Assembly (NCBI RefSeq): GCF_036971445.1
Contig: NC_091473.1
Coordinates: 183,768,001 to 183,832,000, forward strand
DNA length: 64,000 nucleotides
Reading direction: 5' to 3'
Source of the DNA: Narcine bancroftii
Taxonomy: Eukaryota
A model generated the notes under the pieces. It was not told where the DNA came from, did not search any database, and saw only the letters and a list, made by a program, of their open reading frames with translations. Position 1 is the first letter of the stretch, and each line of letters opens with the position of its first letter. A program made the translations under genes and the position numbers. This document shows, piece after piece, positions 12,801 through 23,689 of this stretch.

Positions 12801-15800
12801 CAAATGGACATTGGAGCTGTCAATGTGGATGCCGTCTGCTCAGAGACTGTCCAGGATTCCGAGTCCTCTCTCCCCTTGTGCCTGTAGCGTCTACCCATCC
12901 ATTCGTCTACCCATCCATTCCTCACAGAGGGGAGGTGGGCAAATGGTGCTAGAGTAACAACCTGCGTCTCAATGTGGACAAGACAAGGGAGATGATAGTG
13001 GACTTCAGGACGAAGGGTGTCCATTCTCAACGACACATCAATGGTTCCGTCATGGAGAGTTTGGGCAAAGTTCCTCAGTGTGAGTGGGACAGACACCCAT
13101 TCTTGACCCACAGCACCACCTCATCTGTCAGGAGGGACCAGCACCACCTATATTTCCTCAGGAGGATGAGGTGGGCAGGGCCAATGGGGACCCAGCTCAA
13201 CAACATTCTACAGGAGCACAGCCAGAGTGTCCCACCACTGGGTAGGATGGTAGCTGCAAAGCATCGGACCGGAAACAATAGAGGGTCGTCAGAACAAACG
13301 GGAAGACCACTGGGGTCGCCCTTCCCTCCAATGACGACTTTTGCCGGGAGCAAGAGCTCAAAGAATTATCGAGGACCCCTTTCCATCTGGCCCAGAGGGT
13401 CTCTGACCCACTGCCATCAGGAAGGAGGTACAGGATCATCAAAATCAGGACAGCCAGGCTGGAGAATAGCTTCTTCCCACCGGCTGTTAAATTGATGAAG
13501 AATTTTCTGTAACTGAGTAAATCATCCCAAAATATTTAAGATCATAAGATATAGGAGCAGAAATAGGTTATTCAGCCCATCAAGTCTTCCCCGCTGATCT
13601 ATTTTCTCACAGCCCCATCGCCCGGCCATCTCCACATAACTTTCCAATCAAGAATCTATTAATCTCTGCCATAAGTACATCCAATGACCTGGTCTCCACA
13701 ACCACCCATGGCAACAGATTACACAGATTTACCGCCCTCCGGCTGAAGAAATTGCTCCGCATCTCTTCTAAGTGGACGCCCTTCGATCCCGAAATTGCGC
13801 CCTGGGGAAACAACCTTTCTACATCGACTCTGTCCATGCCTTTCAACATTTGAAATGTTTCAATGAGATCTGTGTGTGTGTGCGCGCGCGCATGTGTGCA
13901 TGCGTCTGTGTCTGCGTGTGCACACACGCTTGTGCGTGCACGTATCATGTTATGGAGAAATGCTGTTTCATCGAGTTGCACATGTATGGTCAGACAATAA
14001 TGAACGTGAATTTGAAGAGGGGAGAGTTGGTCAATGCAGGAAAGAATACAGCCTCCCCCACCCCCACAGCAGGGTTCTCCTGCCCGGGGGGGCAGTGGGA
14101 CATCGAGTTGAGGGCCACGAGATCACGTGATCCTCTCCTACAAGAAATGCTGTTCACGTTCAAGGGAACTGGGTCGAAACAGCATTCATTGCTCCTCACT
14201 TGGGTTGGGGTGGGGGGGGTTAAGGGTAAGGGTCAGCTCGTGTGTGAGGAGGAGGGTAAAGGGTCAGTGTTGATGGGACAGTCCCCATTGTTACCGGTGG
14301 GGCTGGAGATCTGGGATTCAGGTGATGGGCGTCAAACATGCCCCCTGCTGTCTCCATTGAGGGGCTGAAAGGCCTGCTCCTGCCCCCTTCCCTACCTTGC
14401 GCTCCAATGTTTGCGGTGGGGCTGACTTCGGGCTGTGTCCCTTGGCCTCCTCTCCTTCCTCACTGCTCGAGCCAGCACCGTCCAGCAGGTACCTGTCGGT
14501 GATGAGGGGGGTGGGGGGAAGGAGAATCGTTAACATGGGGGTTAAATGCAGGGGGGGGAGGGAAGAGATTGAATGGGGAGTGAGAGAGTGGAGGGGAAAG
14601 AGTCGGGGAGGGGAGGGAGGAATAAGGGGAGGGAGGAATAAGGGGAGGGAGGAATAAGGGGAGGGAGGAATAAGGGGAGGGAGGAATAAGGGGAGGGAGG
14701 AATAAGGGGAGGGAGGAATAAGGGGAGGGAGGAATAAGGGGAGGGAGGAATAAGGGGAGGGAGGAATAAGGGGAGGGAGGAATAAGGGGAGGGAGGAATA
14801 AGGGGAGGGAGGAATAAGGGGAGGGAGGAATAAGGGGAGGGAGGAATAAGGGGAGGGAGGAATAAGGGGAGGGAGGAATAAGGGGAGGGAGGAATAAGGG
14901 GAGGGAGGAATAAGGGGAGGGAGGAATAAGGGGAGGGAGGAATAAGGGGAGGGAGGAATAAGGGGAGGGAGATTGGTGGGTGAGGAAAGGGGAAGTAGAA
15001 GGAATCAAGGGGGTAGGAATCGGGGGAGAAATTGAGGGGGGTAGGAATCGGAAGTAAGGAGAGGAATCGAAGGGGCTAGGAATCGGGGGGAGAGGAAATG
15101 GGGGGGGGAAGAGAACAGGAATCAGGGGAGGGGGATTTTGTGCCCACCGTTTGTGTGAGAGCCTGCGTTTCCTCTTGTAACAGTCCAGTATCCAGTCCTT
15201 CCTGACGACAGCTCCACCGAGTGCTTTCACCTGCGTGTACTTGGGGGTGTTGGCAAAGGCACAGCTGGAAAACACGAGGGGGAACAATTATGCCGGCGCA
15301 CCAAAGAGCAGACGGCCCAATCTGTCATCTCCAAACCTGCAGGACTGTGGACAAGGGTACGCCACAATCGACCGTCGCATGTTGTGTGGTGTCGACATTT
15401 CTCTCAGTGACCGAGGAGGTTTGTTCTGGCGCGAGGGTCGTTGAAGGAAGCCCTGAGATGTACTATATTGAGATTCCTTCCATCCCCGCAAGAAAACAGT
15501 CAGGGAGTTGTCGTCAAGCCACCGGATCGGCTTGGTTGGCGCAGTAGTTAACGCAACGCCTTTACAGCGCCAGCGATCGGGACCAGGGTTCAAATCCCAC
15601 GCTGTCTGTAAGGAGTTTGTACGTTCTCCACGTGTCTGCATGGGTTTTCCCTGGGGGCTCTGGTTTCCTCCCACCGTTCTATCCATACTGAGGGTTGTAG
15701 GTTAATGGGGTGTAATTGGGCAGCATGGACTCGTGGGCTGAGGCCTGTTACCGTGCTGAACGTCCAAATTTAAAATTTTTAAAAGAGGGATTGTTTGTTG

Positions 15801-18800
15801 GGTTGAGTAATGTACAAAAGTGCTGGAGAAACTCAGCAGGTCCTGCAGCGTCCACAGGAGACAAAGATGTCTTACCAACGCTTCGGGCCTGAGCCCTTCG
15901 TCAACGTGTGAGCACATAGCAGGTAGGTGCCTGGATAAAATGGTGGGGGGAGGAGGAGGGGGGGGGGGGGAGGAGCACAAGCCAACAGGGAAGAGCCAAC
16001 AGGGAAGAGGCCATACGTGGACACGAATAGGCTGGTGAGTATTAATCGGTGGCTCTGTAAAGGCAGAGCTGGGAGAAAGGAGACGGGGTGGGGGGGGGGG
16101 AGGGAGGGAGAGAGCTGGAGGAAAGGAAAAAATGGGATAGGGAAAGGGAAGAGATGGGGTCAAGGGTGGACAACCAGGGGGAGGGGAAGGGGGGGGTCTT
16201 ACAGAAGCGGAAAAAGTCAGTGTTAACGCCATCCGGTTGGATGGTGCCGAGACAGAATATGAGGTGCTGTTCCTCCAACACAAGGGTGGTTTCAGTCTGG
16301 AATGCCCGTGCCCCTCCATATGCTCCAGAATTCCCTGAGCCACCACAAAGCAACCCAGTAACCCCAGGGCTCCCTTCCATGCGACCCACAATGCCCCTGA
16401 GCCCCCTCCACTCACATCAGGTGGGTGCACTCTGGGTCCCAGTCGCTGCGGTATCGCGCCCCCATCTCCAGGGCCTTGTCCCGCAGCTCCGATCGGAAGG
16501 GGTTCTGAAACCCACTGAGGACGAGCACGGCGCCCTGCAGGATGGAGCGGAGGTCAGTGGGCTTGGCCCCTGTGAGCCCCTCTGTGTCTGGTTTACTGGA
16601 GGGGGGCTCCGACTTCGCCGGTGGGGGTTCGACTGTGGGTGGATATGAAGGGGGGGGGTGGAGTTGTTACCTCGTGTCAGAGACCTCACCCCCAAAACAA
16701 GCTCCCATCTTCCTCCCTCCGCCACTCCTCCCAACCTGCCCTCCCTCCTCCGTCACCCCTACCACTTTGTCACCTCCCCTCCCTCCATGTTTCCCCCATC
16801 CTCACCGCTTCCTTGCCCTCCTCACTGCCTCACCTTACTTCTCACCACCTCCCCTCCTTGCCTCTCCTCCCACCTGACTTGCTACCTCCCCCTCCTCACC
16901 ACTTCCCCTCCCACCTCCTCATCACCCCCTCCTGGCTTCTCCTTCCCATCCCCTCTCCTCACCTCTCTCCCACCCCCTTTCTTGCCTACCCACCTACCTT
17001 TCCCTCTCTCCCACCTCCCCTCACATCTCCCACCTAGCCCTCCCCCTTCCCTTGCGCCTGACCCCTTGTGCCCCCAGCCACCTCAACATCCCCACCTTTC
17101 TGCCGCTTCAGGGTGGGCTGTAATGGACTGGTCTTCTTCCCGGAACCTTCCAATGCTTCCTTTTCCTTCCGTACTACTGGAGGGTTGGCCTTCTCCTTCG
17201 GGAACTCAAACTTCCGCTTGGTCCGCGGTGCGTCCGCCTGTGGCCGACAGGAGCCTGGGAATCAGGGTGGGATCTAGCACCCTTCCTGAAAATAACTGTC
17301 CCTGTCTCAGGAATAACCATCCTGGGAATAACTGTACCAGGAATAATAGTCCCTGTCTCAGAAATAGCTATCCTGGGAATACTGCCCCTGATCCAGGAAT
17401 AACCGCACCCAACCCGGGAATAACCAACCTGGGAATAACCGCACCTAACCCTGGAATAACCATCCCTGGAATAACCTCCACCCATCCTGGGAATAACTGC
17501 ACCCAATCCAGGAATAACCCCCCAACCCTGGAATAATCATCCCGGAAATAATCTCCACCCTTCCCAGGATAAACCGCACCCAACCCAGGAATAACCAAAC
17601 CCAAACCCAGGAATAACCACCCCCAACCCGGGAATAACCTTCACCCTTCCCAGGAATAACCGCACCTGACCTGAGAATCACCATCCCGGCAATAACCACG
17701 ACCCTTCCTGGGAATTTCCCTCCCCACAATTCTCAACAATGGAAGGCCCACCGTACCTTGTCAGTGGGCGAGCGGGCAGCCAGCTGGCCCGGGGTCCTCT
17801 CGGCGCCTCCAGGGGCATCCACTCCACTTGCCTGCAGGGTGGCATCAGCATAGCTCGCCCCCAACCCCTGACTCGGCGGCGGAGGGGATGCTGCCGAGGA
17901 GAGAGACAGGGTCAGTGTGGGGTTCTGGAAAGAGGGATACAGGGAGATGCAAGGCCTGGATGGGGGAGGACGGGACATCTGTGGGGGGAGGAGATGGGGT
18001 TATGGGGAAAGCTTGTGGGAGGGTGGAGGGCGATCCTGGGGACTGGGGTGATGGGCAGAGGTCCTGCAGATATGTTAGGATGGGTTCCAGTGGACGGAGC
18101 GATAGGGATCTCAGGTAGGTGATGGGTGTATGGGGAAAATCCTCAGGATTGGGGGGAGAGATTGTGGAGGGGGGAGGGGAGTGGGGATCCTAGGTGCGGG
18201 GTGGGGGAGCAGGAAACATGGGGAGAGATGTCGCGGCAGTCAGACACACTGGCTCAGGAACTACCCCCTCTTCCTCCCAGGACAGAGGTTGGTTGGAGAG
18301 GAATCCACCCACCCCAACCTCCCCCCTCCCCCTGTCAGCCACAACCCACCTGTGGTGCTGAGGCGAGGTCTGCTCGCCCGGTTGAACAGACTGCCTGGTT
18401 TGAGGCCCTCGTTACATCCCTCCTCCTCCTTCACCACAAACGGACCCAGCCAGGTCACCTTCTGCTGGAGAGAAACCAGGTTCACTCTGTGTCTGACCCT
18501 GGGGAATGTGTGATAGGACGGAGAAGGGGGAGTTTAACTCTGTGTCTTACCCCAGGAGTGTATGATGGGATGCTGCAGAGGGAGTTTCCTCTTCACTCTG
18601 TGTCTGACCCCGGGAGTATGTGATGGGATGGTACAGAGGAAGCCTCACTCTGTGTCTGACCCCGGGAGTGTGTGATGGGATGGTACAGAGGAAGCCTCAC
18701 TCTGTGTCTGACCCCGGGAGTGTGTGATGGGACGGTACAGAGGGAGCTTCACTCTGTGTCTAAACCTGGAAGCATGTGATGTGATGGTGTACGGGGAGTT

Positions 18801-21800
18801 TCACTCTGTGTCCAACTCCGGGAATGTGTGATTGGACAGTATGGAGGGAACTTAACTCTGTGTCTAACTTCAGGAGTGTGTGTTGGGATAGTGTGGTGGG
18901 AGCTTCACTCTACATCTCACTCCAGGAGTGTGTGAAAAGCTTCAGCCAAAATCCTTCCTGCCATCCTGGGATCTATCTGCCCCTCCTCTTGGATTAAGAA
19001 TCCATTCGCCTGTTCCCTCTCAAGATTCCATTATTGTCGTGTCGTCGTACAGAACATGTAACATTACACAAAACTGCCTTTGGCCTGCCTTAACAGTCGC
19101 CATTAGATTGGTGTCGCCTGGCTCCCCTTAAAGTGCAAGGGAAGGAGAAGCATAGACACACTCTGAAGGCACTCTGAGTGCCATTGATTCGCCTCCCGCA
19201 GCCTCTGCAGCTGCACAGACTCTTGTTCAATTCAGTGGCAACACGAGCTCCAGGTCCAAACCTCCAACCAGGAAATCTTCAGTGCCTGAGGCCCCTTGGG
19301 AGCACTTCTTGCCACCCCACCCACCCACTGATCTTTCTGTGCGAATGATTCCCCAGTGCTCCCTTCCTGAGCCCAATACCCTGCCCTCTTGTGACCATGG
19401 GCTTGGGGTGGGGGGCGGCGGTGGTGGGTGGGGTCGGGTGGGTGATAGCCACTCACCGGACTGCTGGGACCTGCCATCTTCTCATCCAGGTCAGGACCGG
19501 AGTGAAACCTGATGAAAGAGAGTCCATAGCACAGATTCTGCTCCGGGTGTGAACGAGGGCAGGTGGAAGGGAAGAAATGAAGAAAAATGAACCAACACGA
19601 CCAGTCTTGCTGCCCCATCCTGGTCCGAGAACACCTCCCGGTCAGCTCCCAGGGAATTATCCTGTCGTTCCGTGGAAAAGGAAGTTGTTCTGCGCATCTC
19701 TCCTGCCTTACAACACCAGAGACCATTCACCCTTCTCTCTGGCCTACGGCACGGTGACAGCAGGCAGTTTAGCCCTTCTCTTGGGCCTATTACAGAGGAC
19801 AGGGGGCCATTCAGCCCCTCTGGATGAGAGGAGGTGGGAAGAGAGGAGGTGGATTGGGGAGGGAAGAGAGAGGGTGGGTGAGGGGATGGGGAGGGTGAGG
19901 GGGAAGAGTGGGGGTAGGTGTGGGTGAGGAGCGGGGAAGTGAAGATGGTGTGGGAGAGGTGGGAGAGGGAGATAAGGGGAGGAGGGAGAGAGGTGGGTGA
20001 GGGGGAGGTAGGAGAGGGGTGGTTGAGGAGGGGGCAGAGAGGTTTGTAGGTGAGGAGAGGGGTGAAGGTGAGAGGAGGGATTCCCAATCCCATCCTCTCC
20101 TCATCTGGAAAAACCCTTCCCATTCCCGGAACCTGGCCTGTAATTTATAATTAACAGCCACCCCTCCCCCACCCCCCAACCACAACCACCAGTCTCTTCC
20201 CACTCCCTCATTTCAGAATATTCTACTAGAGGAGGTGGGAAATCATCAGATTTTTCCCCGTAGTCTGGTTCGGCAGGGATTGGAGGACAAATGGATATGG
20301 TTGAACGACCCCCACGGAGTTAACCCAAAGATCAGAGTGGCTTCCCAGCCCACCCCGGCCCCCTCACCTTGTTGTAGGGCTGGGTGCAGACCACTTTGAC
20401 CCGGTCCCACTTTTTACCCAGAACACCCTTGGCCAGCTTGTCTGGACCAAACATGCGGACGCGGTTGAGGTTGTTTCCGCTCCGGCTCTCCATGGGAGAC
20501 ATGAAGAAGGAGGAGACGAGGATCACCTGGGAGGGAGGAAGTGGAGAGGAGTTAGGTCAAAGTTGGGTGCTGCAACAGAACCAAGGAGGAAAGGCCGCCA
20601 CGCCCACCAGCTGGAGAGAGACCCTGGAGCTTGGGGGTGTTGTGGTGGCAAGGGTCAAGATGGGAGGGGTGTCGGGGACTACAGAGACAGGGAAGGGTGT
20701 AGGGGACCACAGGGGGTTACAGAGACAGGGATGGGTGTAGGAGACCATAGGGGGTTACAGAGGCCAGGAGGGGCCCATGGGGGGGGGGGGTGGGTTACAG
20801 AGATGAAGAAGTTTAGGGAACCAGAGGGGGCTACAGTTACAGGGAGAAGGTGTAGGAACCAAAGAGGGGTTGCAGAAACAGGGAGGGGTGTAGGGGACCA
20901 GAAGGGGTTACAGAGATGGGGACGGATGTAGGGGACCGGAGGGGATTACAGAGACGGGGAGGGGTGGAGGGGTGGAGGGGCTTACAGAGACGGTGGGGTG
21001 GAGGGGATCAAAGGGGGTTACAGAGACAGGGAGGGGTGTAGAGGACCGGAGAGGGTTACAGAGAAAAAGTGGGATGTTGGGGACTAGCTCAGAGGAAAGG
21101 TCGCGGATTAAATCTCCCCCTTCAGAGGAAGGGCTGGCATGGAACCTGGGGATCAGCTACCAGCACGTCAGTGGGTTGAGTTTTCAGACGAAGCACATGA
21201 TCTCACCTCAAAATCCTGTTGGCAGGCCGACATCGAATTTCCCACCAACACTTCCACGAAAGCCGATCCCTCATTGCCAATATCGATGCTGTGAATCAGC
21301 TCCGCCTTCTCAAACTGCGCGGGACAAAGACAGCAAGTTCACCAGGAACCTTCTTCCGAATCAACACCCTCCCCAGATGCACAATATAAAATGCAGCAAA
21401 CGCTATGGGCTCATTCCTACAGGTGGACTGCGGAGAGTGTTCTGGCCGGTTGCATTATTGCTTGGGACAGAAGCGCCGACTCTCAGGTCAAGAATAAACT
21501 CCAGAGGGTTAACTCAGCCTGCAACATCACAGGCACCAGACTTCACTCCGTTGAGGATGTCTACAAGAGGTGGTGTCTGAAGAAAGCAGCCTCTATCCTC
21601 ATGGATGCCCACCACCCAGGCTACACCCGGGAAAAAGGAGCCTAGACGAGCACTCAGTGGCACAAGGACGGCTTCTTCCCCTCTGCCGTCAGATTCCTGA
21701 CGGATCAATAATCCAAAGACATGGCCTTACTTTTCGTGCACTACTGTTGTAATTTTTTTTTCCAAGAAATGTCGTTAGATGGTTATAATATGAATGTTTG

Positions 21801-23687
21801 CACTAGGATACTACTGCAAAACACTGAATTTCATGACTTGTTCACGACAATATATCCTGATTCTACTTTTTCCAGGAACATGCAGTTAGAGACAGGCAGC
21901 AAATGGAAGGTCACATTATTAAAACATCCTGATAAGGGGTCTTGTCCCAAAATGTTGACTGTTCACCCCTTTATCTCTGGGAAAGACTGCATCAGTTCTG
22001 TGTTCCTGAGTCAGATCGCACCGGGGACACCGTACACAGCTCCTGGTCTCCGTATGCCTTGGTTAGACCACACCGGAAAAATTGCAGTTCCCGGTCTCCA
22101 TATCCCTGGTTCAAATCACACTGGGAGCACCGTGCAGTTCCGGGTGTCTGTATCCCACACCAGGAGCATCGTGATGTTCCCGATGTCTGTATCCCACACC
22201 AGGAGCGCCGTGAAGTTCCTGGTGTCTGTATCCCACACCAGGAGCACCATGCTCAGTACCCAGTCTCTAAATCCCTGGTTCAAATCACACTGAGAGCACT
22301 GTGCAGTTCCCGGTATCTGTATCCCCACCAGGAGCACCGTGCACCATTCCCGGTCTCCGTAACCCTGGGTCAGACCATTTCCCAGTGGGGACACACCCTC
22401 CAAACCAGGAAACTTAAGGAACCCCTTCGCTGCTCCCAACACAAGCGCTCACAGCCAATGGCAGCAGTGAAGCACAATTCTGTCCTTGGTGATCACGGAA
22501 AAAATGGGCAAAAGCCGGCCTTGGTGTCAGGAGTGAACACCGCCATCAAGAGATAGAAACTGCTGGACTGTTGGAGGTTCTTGGGGTGGGTGACGGGACT
22601 GTTGGAGGTTCTTGGGGTGGGTGACAGGACAGTTCTCCACCATCAATACTCAGTCCGCCACACACCTGGAGGATGACCGATATCTGCTTCTCTCCTTTGT
22701 CCCTTGAGCGCCACTTGCGATAGGTGTCCGCCTTCAGCAGGTTCTCTGCCTTGAATGTCTGGGGAGGGGTTTGAGCAGACACAGATCCCATCAGGCCTCT
22801 GAACGCAGGTGGAGTAGGACACAAGCCCACCATCTAGGAATGGCCCCATCCTTCACTTCCTCCCCCACCCTCCAATCCCTCAAACCTCACTCCACCTTCC
22901 CATGAAACCCTCCGATTCCCTCCTCATCCCTGTATCTGTACCCCCTCTGCTCCCCTTCTCCCTTTCCTGTCTCTGTAACCCCCTCCGGTCCCTGACACCC
23001 CTCCCAGTCTCTTTAACCCTCTCCGGTCCCCGACACCCCTCCCAGTCTCTTTAACCCTCTCCGGTCCCCGACACCCCTCCCTGTCGCTGTAAATCCTTCC
23101 GGTCCCTGACAGCGCTCCCTGTTTCTGTAACCCCCTCCGGTCACCGACATCTCATTCTGTCTCTGTAACCACCCCCTCCTGTCCCCTACACCCCTCCCTG
23201 TCTCCATAACCTCCTCCAGTCCCTGACATCCCTCACTGTCTCTGTAACCCCCCTCCGGTCCCCCACACCCCTCCCTGTCTCTGTAACCCCATCCAACATA
23301 TCATCCAACCTGACTGCCTATCACCTGACCACTGACCCCCAACACCCCCCAATCCACATAACCTGAACCCCCACATCATCTGACACTTGCCTCCCAAGTC
23401 ACATGATCCCATATCACCTGACCACTGAATTCCCCCAGACACTTCCTGACCCTCTCACATCACCTGACGCTTTGTCACCTGACACACACCCACGTCACTT
23501 CACCCTCTATATCACCTGACCCCACATCCAGATCCCTCCACATCACCTGATCCCCATGTCATCCCCATGACCACCCCCGATCAATGCCACCCTCAGCAGG
23601 ATACCATAGCATGAAGCCAAGGCCCAGGCGGCTCACCGGGTCCTCGCTGCTGCACGACACCACATGCCGGAGCTTCACCTCGGGCAT
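6715..23687 (-). CDS. XRCC1: DNA repair scaffold XRCC1 (NTD, BRCT1, BRCT2), 17 coding exons, ~627 aa
   Basis: Exons 23687-23637, 22758-22666, 21314-21207, 20526-20368, 19537-19457, 18461-18350, 17890-17757, 17237-17096, 16632-16416, 15264-15148, 14492-14396, 11944-11830, 10352-10292, 9623-9508, 7784-7694, 7158-7083, 6828-6715. All introns are GT-AG, phases are consistent, total 1884 nt. Motifs MPEVKLRHVVSCSS, AENLLKADTYRKW, LSGFQNPFRSELRDKA and FVRPRWVY match XRCC1. Confidence 0.97.
7083..7158 (-). CDS. XRCC1: XRCC1 exon 16 (BRCT2)
   Basis: SLEDYMSESVNFVVTAEDWDDRFDE. Confidence 0.95.
7694..7784 (-). CDS. XRCC1: XRCC1 exon 15 (BRCT2)
   Basis: DLFQGKHFLLYGEFPGSEHRLLTRYITAFNG. Confidence 0.95.
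8217..9410. repeat. Near-perfect 22-bp tandem repeat GGGGTCAGGACCGAGGGGAGGT (~54 copies)
   Basis: Direct inspection; XRCC1 intron 14. Confidence 0.95.
9508..9623 (-). CDS. XRCC1: XRCC1 exon 14 (DPYTASTDENTD, CK2/FHA-binding motif)
   Basis: Matches DPYAGSTDENTD and DLPVPELP. Confidence 0.93.
9665..10200. repeat. ~38-bp satellite (CCCCTCCCTGTCTCTGTAACCCCCTCCGGTCCCCTACA family)
   Basis: Same family recurs at ~20660-21060, 22930-23290, 25155-25715, 43750-44040, 44945-45700, 46515-46900, 53097-53350 and 60455-60625. Confidence 0.85.
10292..10352 (-). CDS. XRCC1: XRCC1 exon 13 (DEDSDCDTEEEIKR)
   Basis: Homologous to EDSGDTEDELRR. Confidence 0.85.
10700..11100. repeat. ~81-bp tandem repeat (~5 copies)
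   Basis: Unit GTAGAACAGAGAGGCCCCGGGGTACAGGGACATCGTTCCCTGAGAGTGGGGAC... Confidence 0.85.
11105..11765 (+). mobile_element. Degraded CR1 LINE 3' fragment with an internal 19-bp tandem expansion (11116-11232)
   Basis: Similar to the CR1 at 33030-33670 (AGACCACACTTGGAGTA; GAGGGAGATGGGCTGAATGCAGG). Confidence 0.6.
11830..11944 (-). CDS. XRCC1: XRCC1 exon 12 (linker 2)
   Basis: Open, phase-compatible (0 to 1), cagcag/GTAGG boundaries; weak homology. Confidence 0.75.
12153..12677. repeat. Near-perfect 18-bp tandem repeat CCCCCCGCACGCCGTCCT (~29 copies)
   Basis: Direct inspection; XRCC1 intron 11. Confidence 0.95.
12945..13510 (+). mobile_element. Rex1/Babar-type LINE fragment
   Basis: NVDKTREMIVDFR, HLYFLRRMR and ...SFFP-like end. 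Confidence 0.6.
13540..13868 (-). mobile_element. CR1 LINE 3' fragment
   Basis: Minus-strand DLIETFQMLKGMDRVDVERLFP...EMRSNFFSRRAVNLCNLLP. Confidence 0.75.
14396..14492 (-). CDS. XRCC1: XRCC1 exon 11
   Basis: RYLLDGAGSSSEE. Confidence 0.9.
14606..14970. repeat. Perfect 16-bp tandem repeat GGGGAGGGAGGAATAA (~22 copies)
   Basis: Direct inspection; XRCC1 intron 10. Confidence 0.95.
15148..15264 (-). CDS. XRCC1: XRCC1 exon 10 (BRCT1)
   Basis: CAFANTPKYTQVKALGGAVVRKDWILDC. Confidence 0.95.
15528..15785 (+). mobile_element. tRNA-derived V-SINE (HE1-like)
   Basis: A/B boxes and V-domain GGAGTTTGTACGTTCTCCACGTGTCTGCATGGGTTTTCC. Confidence 0.8.
15815..16395 (-). mobile_element. Penelope-like element 3' fragment
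   Basis: Minus-strand LEEQHLIFCLGTIQPDGVNTDFFRF. Confidence 0.65.
16416..16632 (-). CDS. XRCC1: XRCC1 exon 9 (start of BRCT1)
   Basis: ILQGAVLVLSGFQNPFRSELRDKALEMGARYRSDWDPECTHL. Confidence 0.95.
17096..17237 (-). CDS. XRCC1: XRCC1 exon 8 (bipartite NLS KRKF...KRQK)
   Basis: Corresponds to the human KRKL/KRPK NLS. Confidence 0.88.
17280..17715. repeat. Degenerate GGAATAACC-core minisatellite
   Basis: Repeated CCTGGGAATAACCGCACCCAA-like units filling XRCC1 intron 7. Confidence 0.8.
17757..17890 (-). CDS. XRCC1: XRCC1 exon 7 (...ASYADATLQAS...)
   Basis: SYAxATLQAS motif; phases 1 to 0. Confidence 0.88.
18350..18461 (-). CDS. XRCC1: XRCC1 exon 6 (KVTWLGPFVVKEEE...LKPGSLF)
   Basis: Homologous to KVTVTKLGQFRVKEE; NAGNAG acceptor. 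Confidence 0.9.
18478..18935. repeat. ~52-bp satellite (CTTCACTCTGTGTCTGACCCCGGGAGTGTGTGATGGGACGGTGCGGAGGGAG)
   Basis: Same family at 26655-29180 (opposite orientation), 31958-32195, 33678-34377, 54135-54215 and 58280-58595. Confidence 0.9.
19457..19537 (-). CDS. XRCC1: XRCC1 exon 5 (NLCYGLSFIRFHSGPD...)
   Basis: GLSFIRFHS motif; donor GTGAGT. Confidence 0.92.
20368..20526 (-). CDS. XRCC1: XRCC1 exon 4 (VILVSSFFMSPMESRSGNNLNRVRMFGPDKL...QPYNK)
   Basis: Conserved NTD motif. Confidence 0.95.
21207..21314 (-). CDS. XRCC1: XRCC1 exon 3 (FEKAELIHSIDIGNEGSAFVEVLVG...)
   Basis: Conserved NTD motif; cag/GTGAG boundaries. Confidence 0.95.
21340..21865 (+). mobile_element. Rex1/Babar-type LINE 3' fragment
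   Basis: YRWTAESVLAGCIIAW...KLQRVNSACNITG...CLKKAASILMDAHHPG. Confidence 0.6.
22020..22370. repeat. ~39-bp tandem repeat (CACACCAGGAGCACCGTGCAGTTCCCGGTGTCTGTATCC)
   Basis: Direct inspection; a related short array lies inverted at 59540-59640. Confidence 0.75.
22666..22758 (-). CDS. XRCC1: XRCC1 exon 2 (TFKAENLLKADTYRKWRSRDKGEKQISVILQ)
   Basis: cag/GT boundaries, phase 0. Confidence 0.95.
23637..23687 (-). CDS. XRCC1: XRCC1 exon 1 (MPEVKLRHVVSCSSEDP)
   Basis: ATG at 23687; donor GTGAG. Confidence 0.95.
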
Positions 23688-23689
23688 TT

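Noticed and set aside
12017-13111. Pro/Arg-rich (RRPPPA / TPSSPR) ORFs on both strands
   Set aside because: Artefacts of the 18-bp VNTR.
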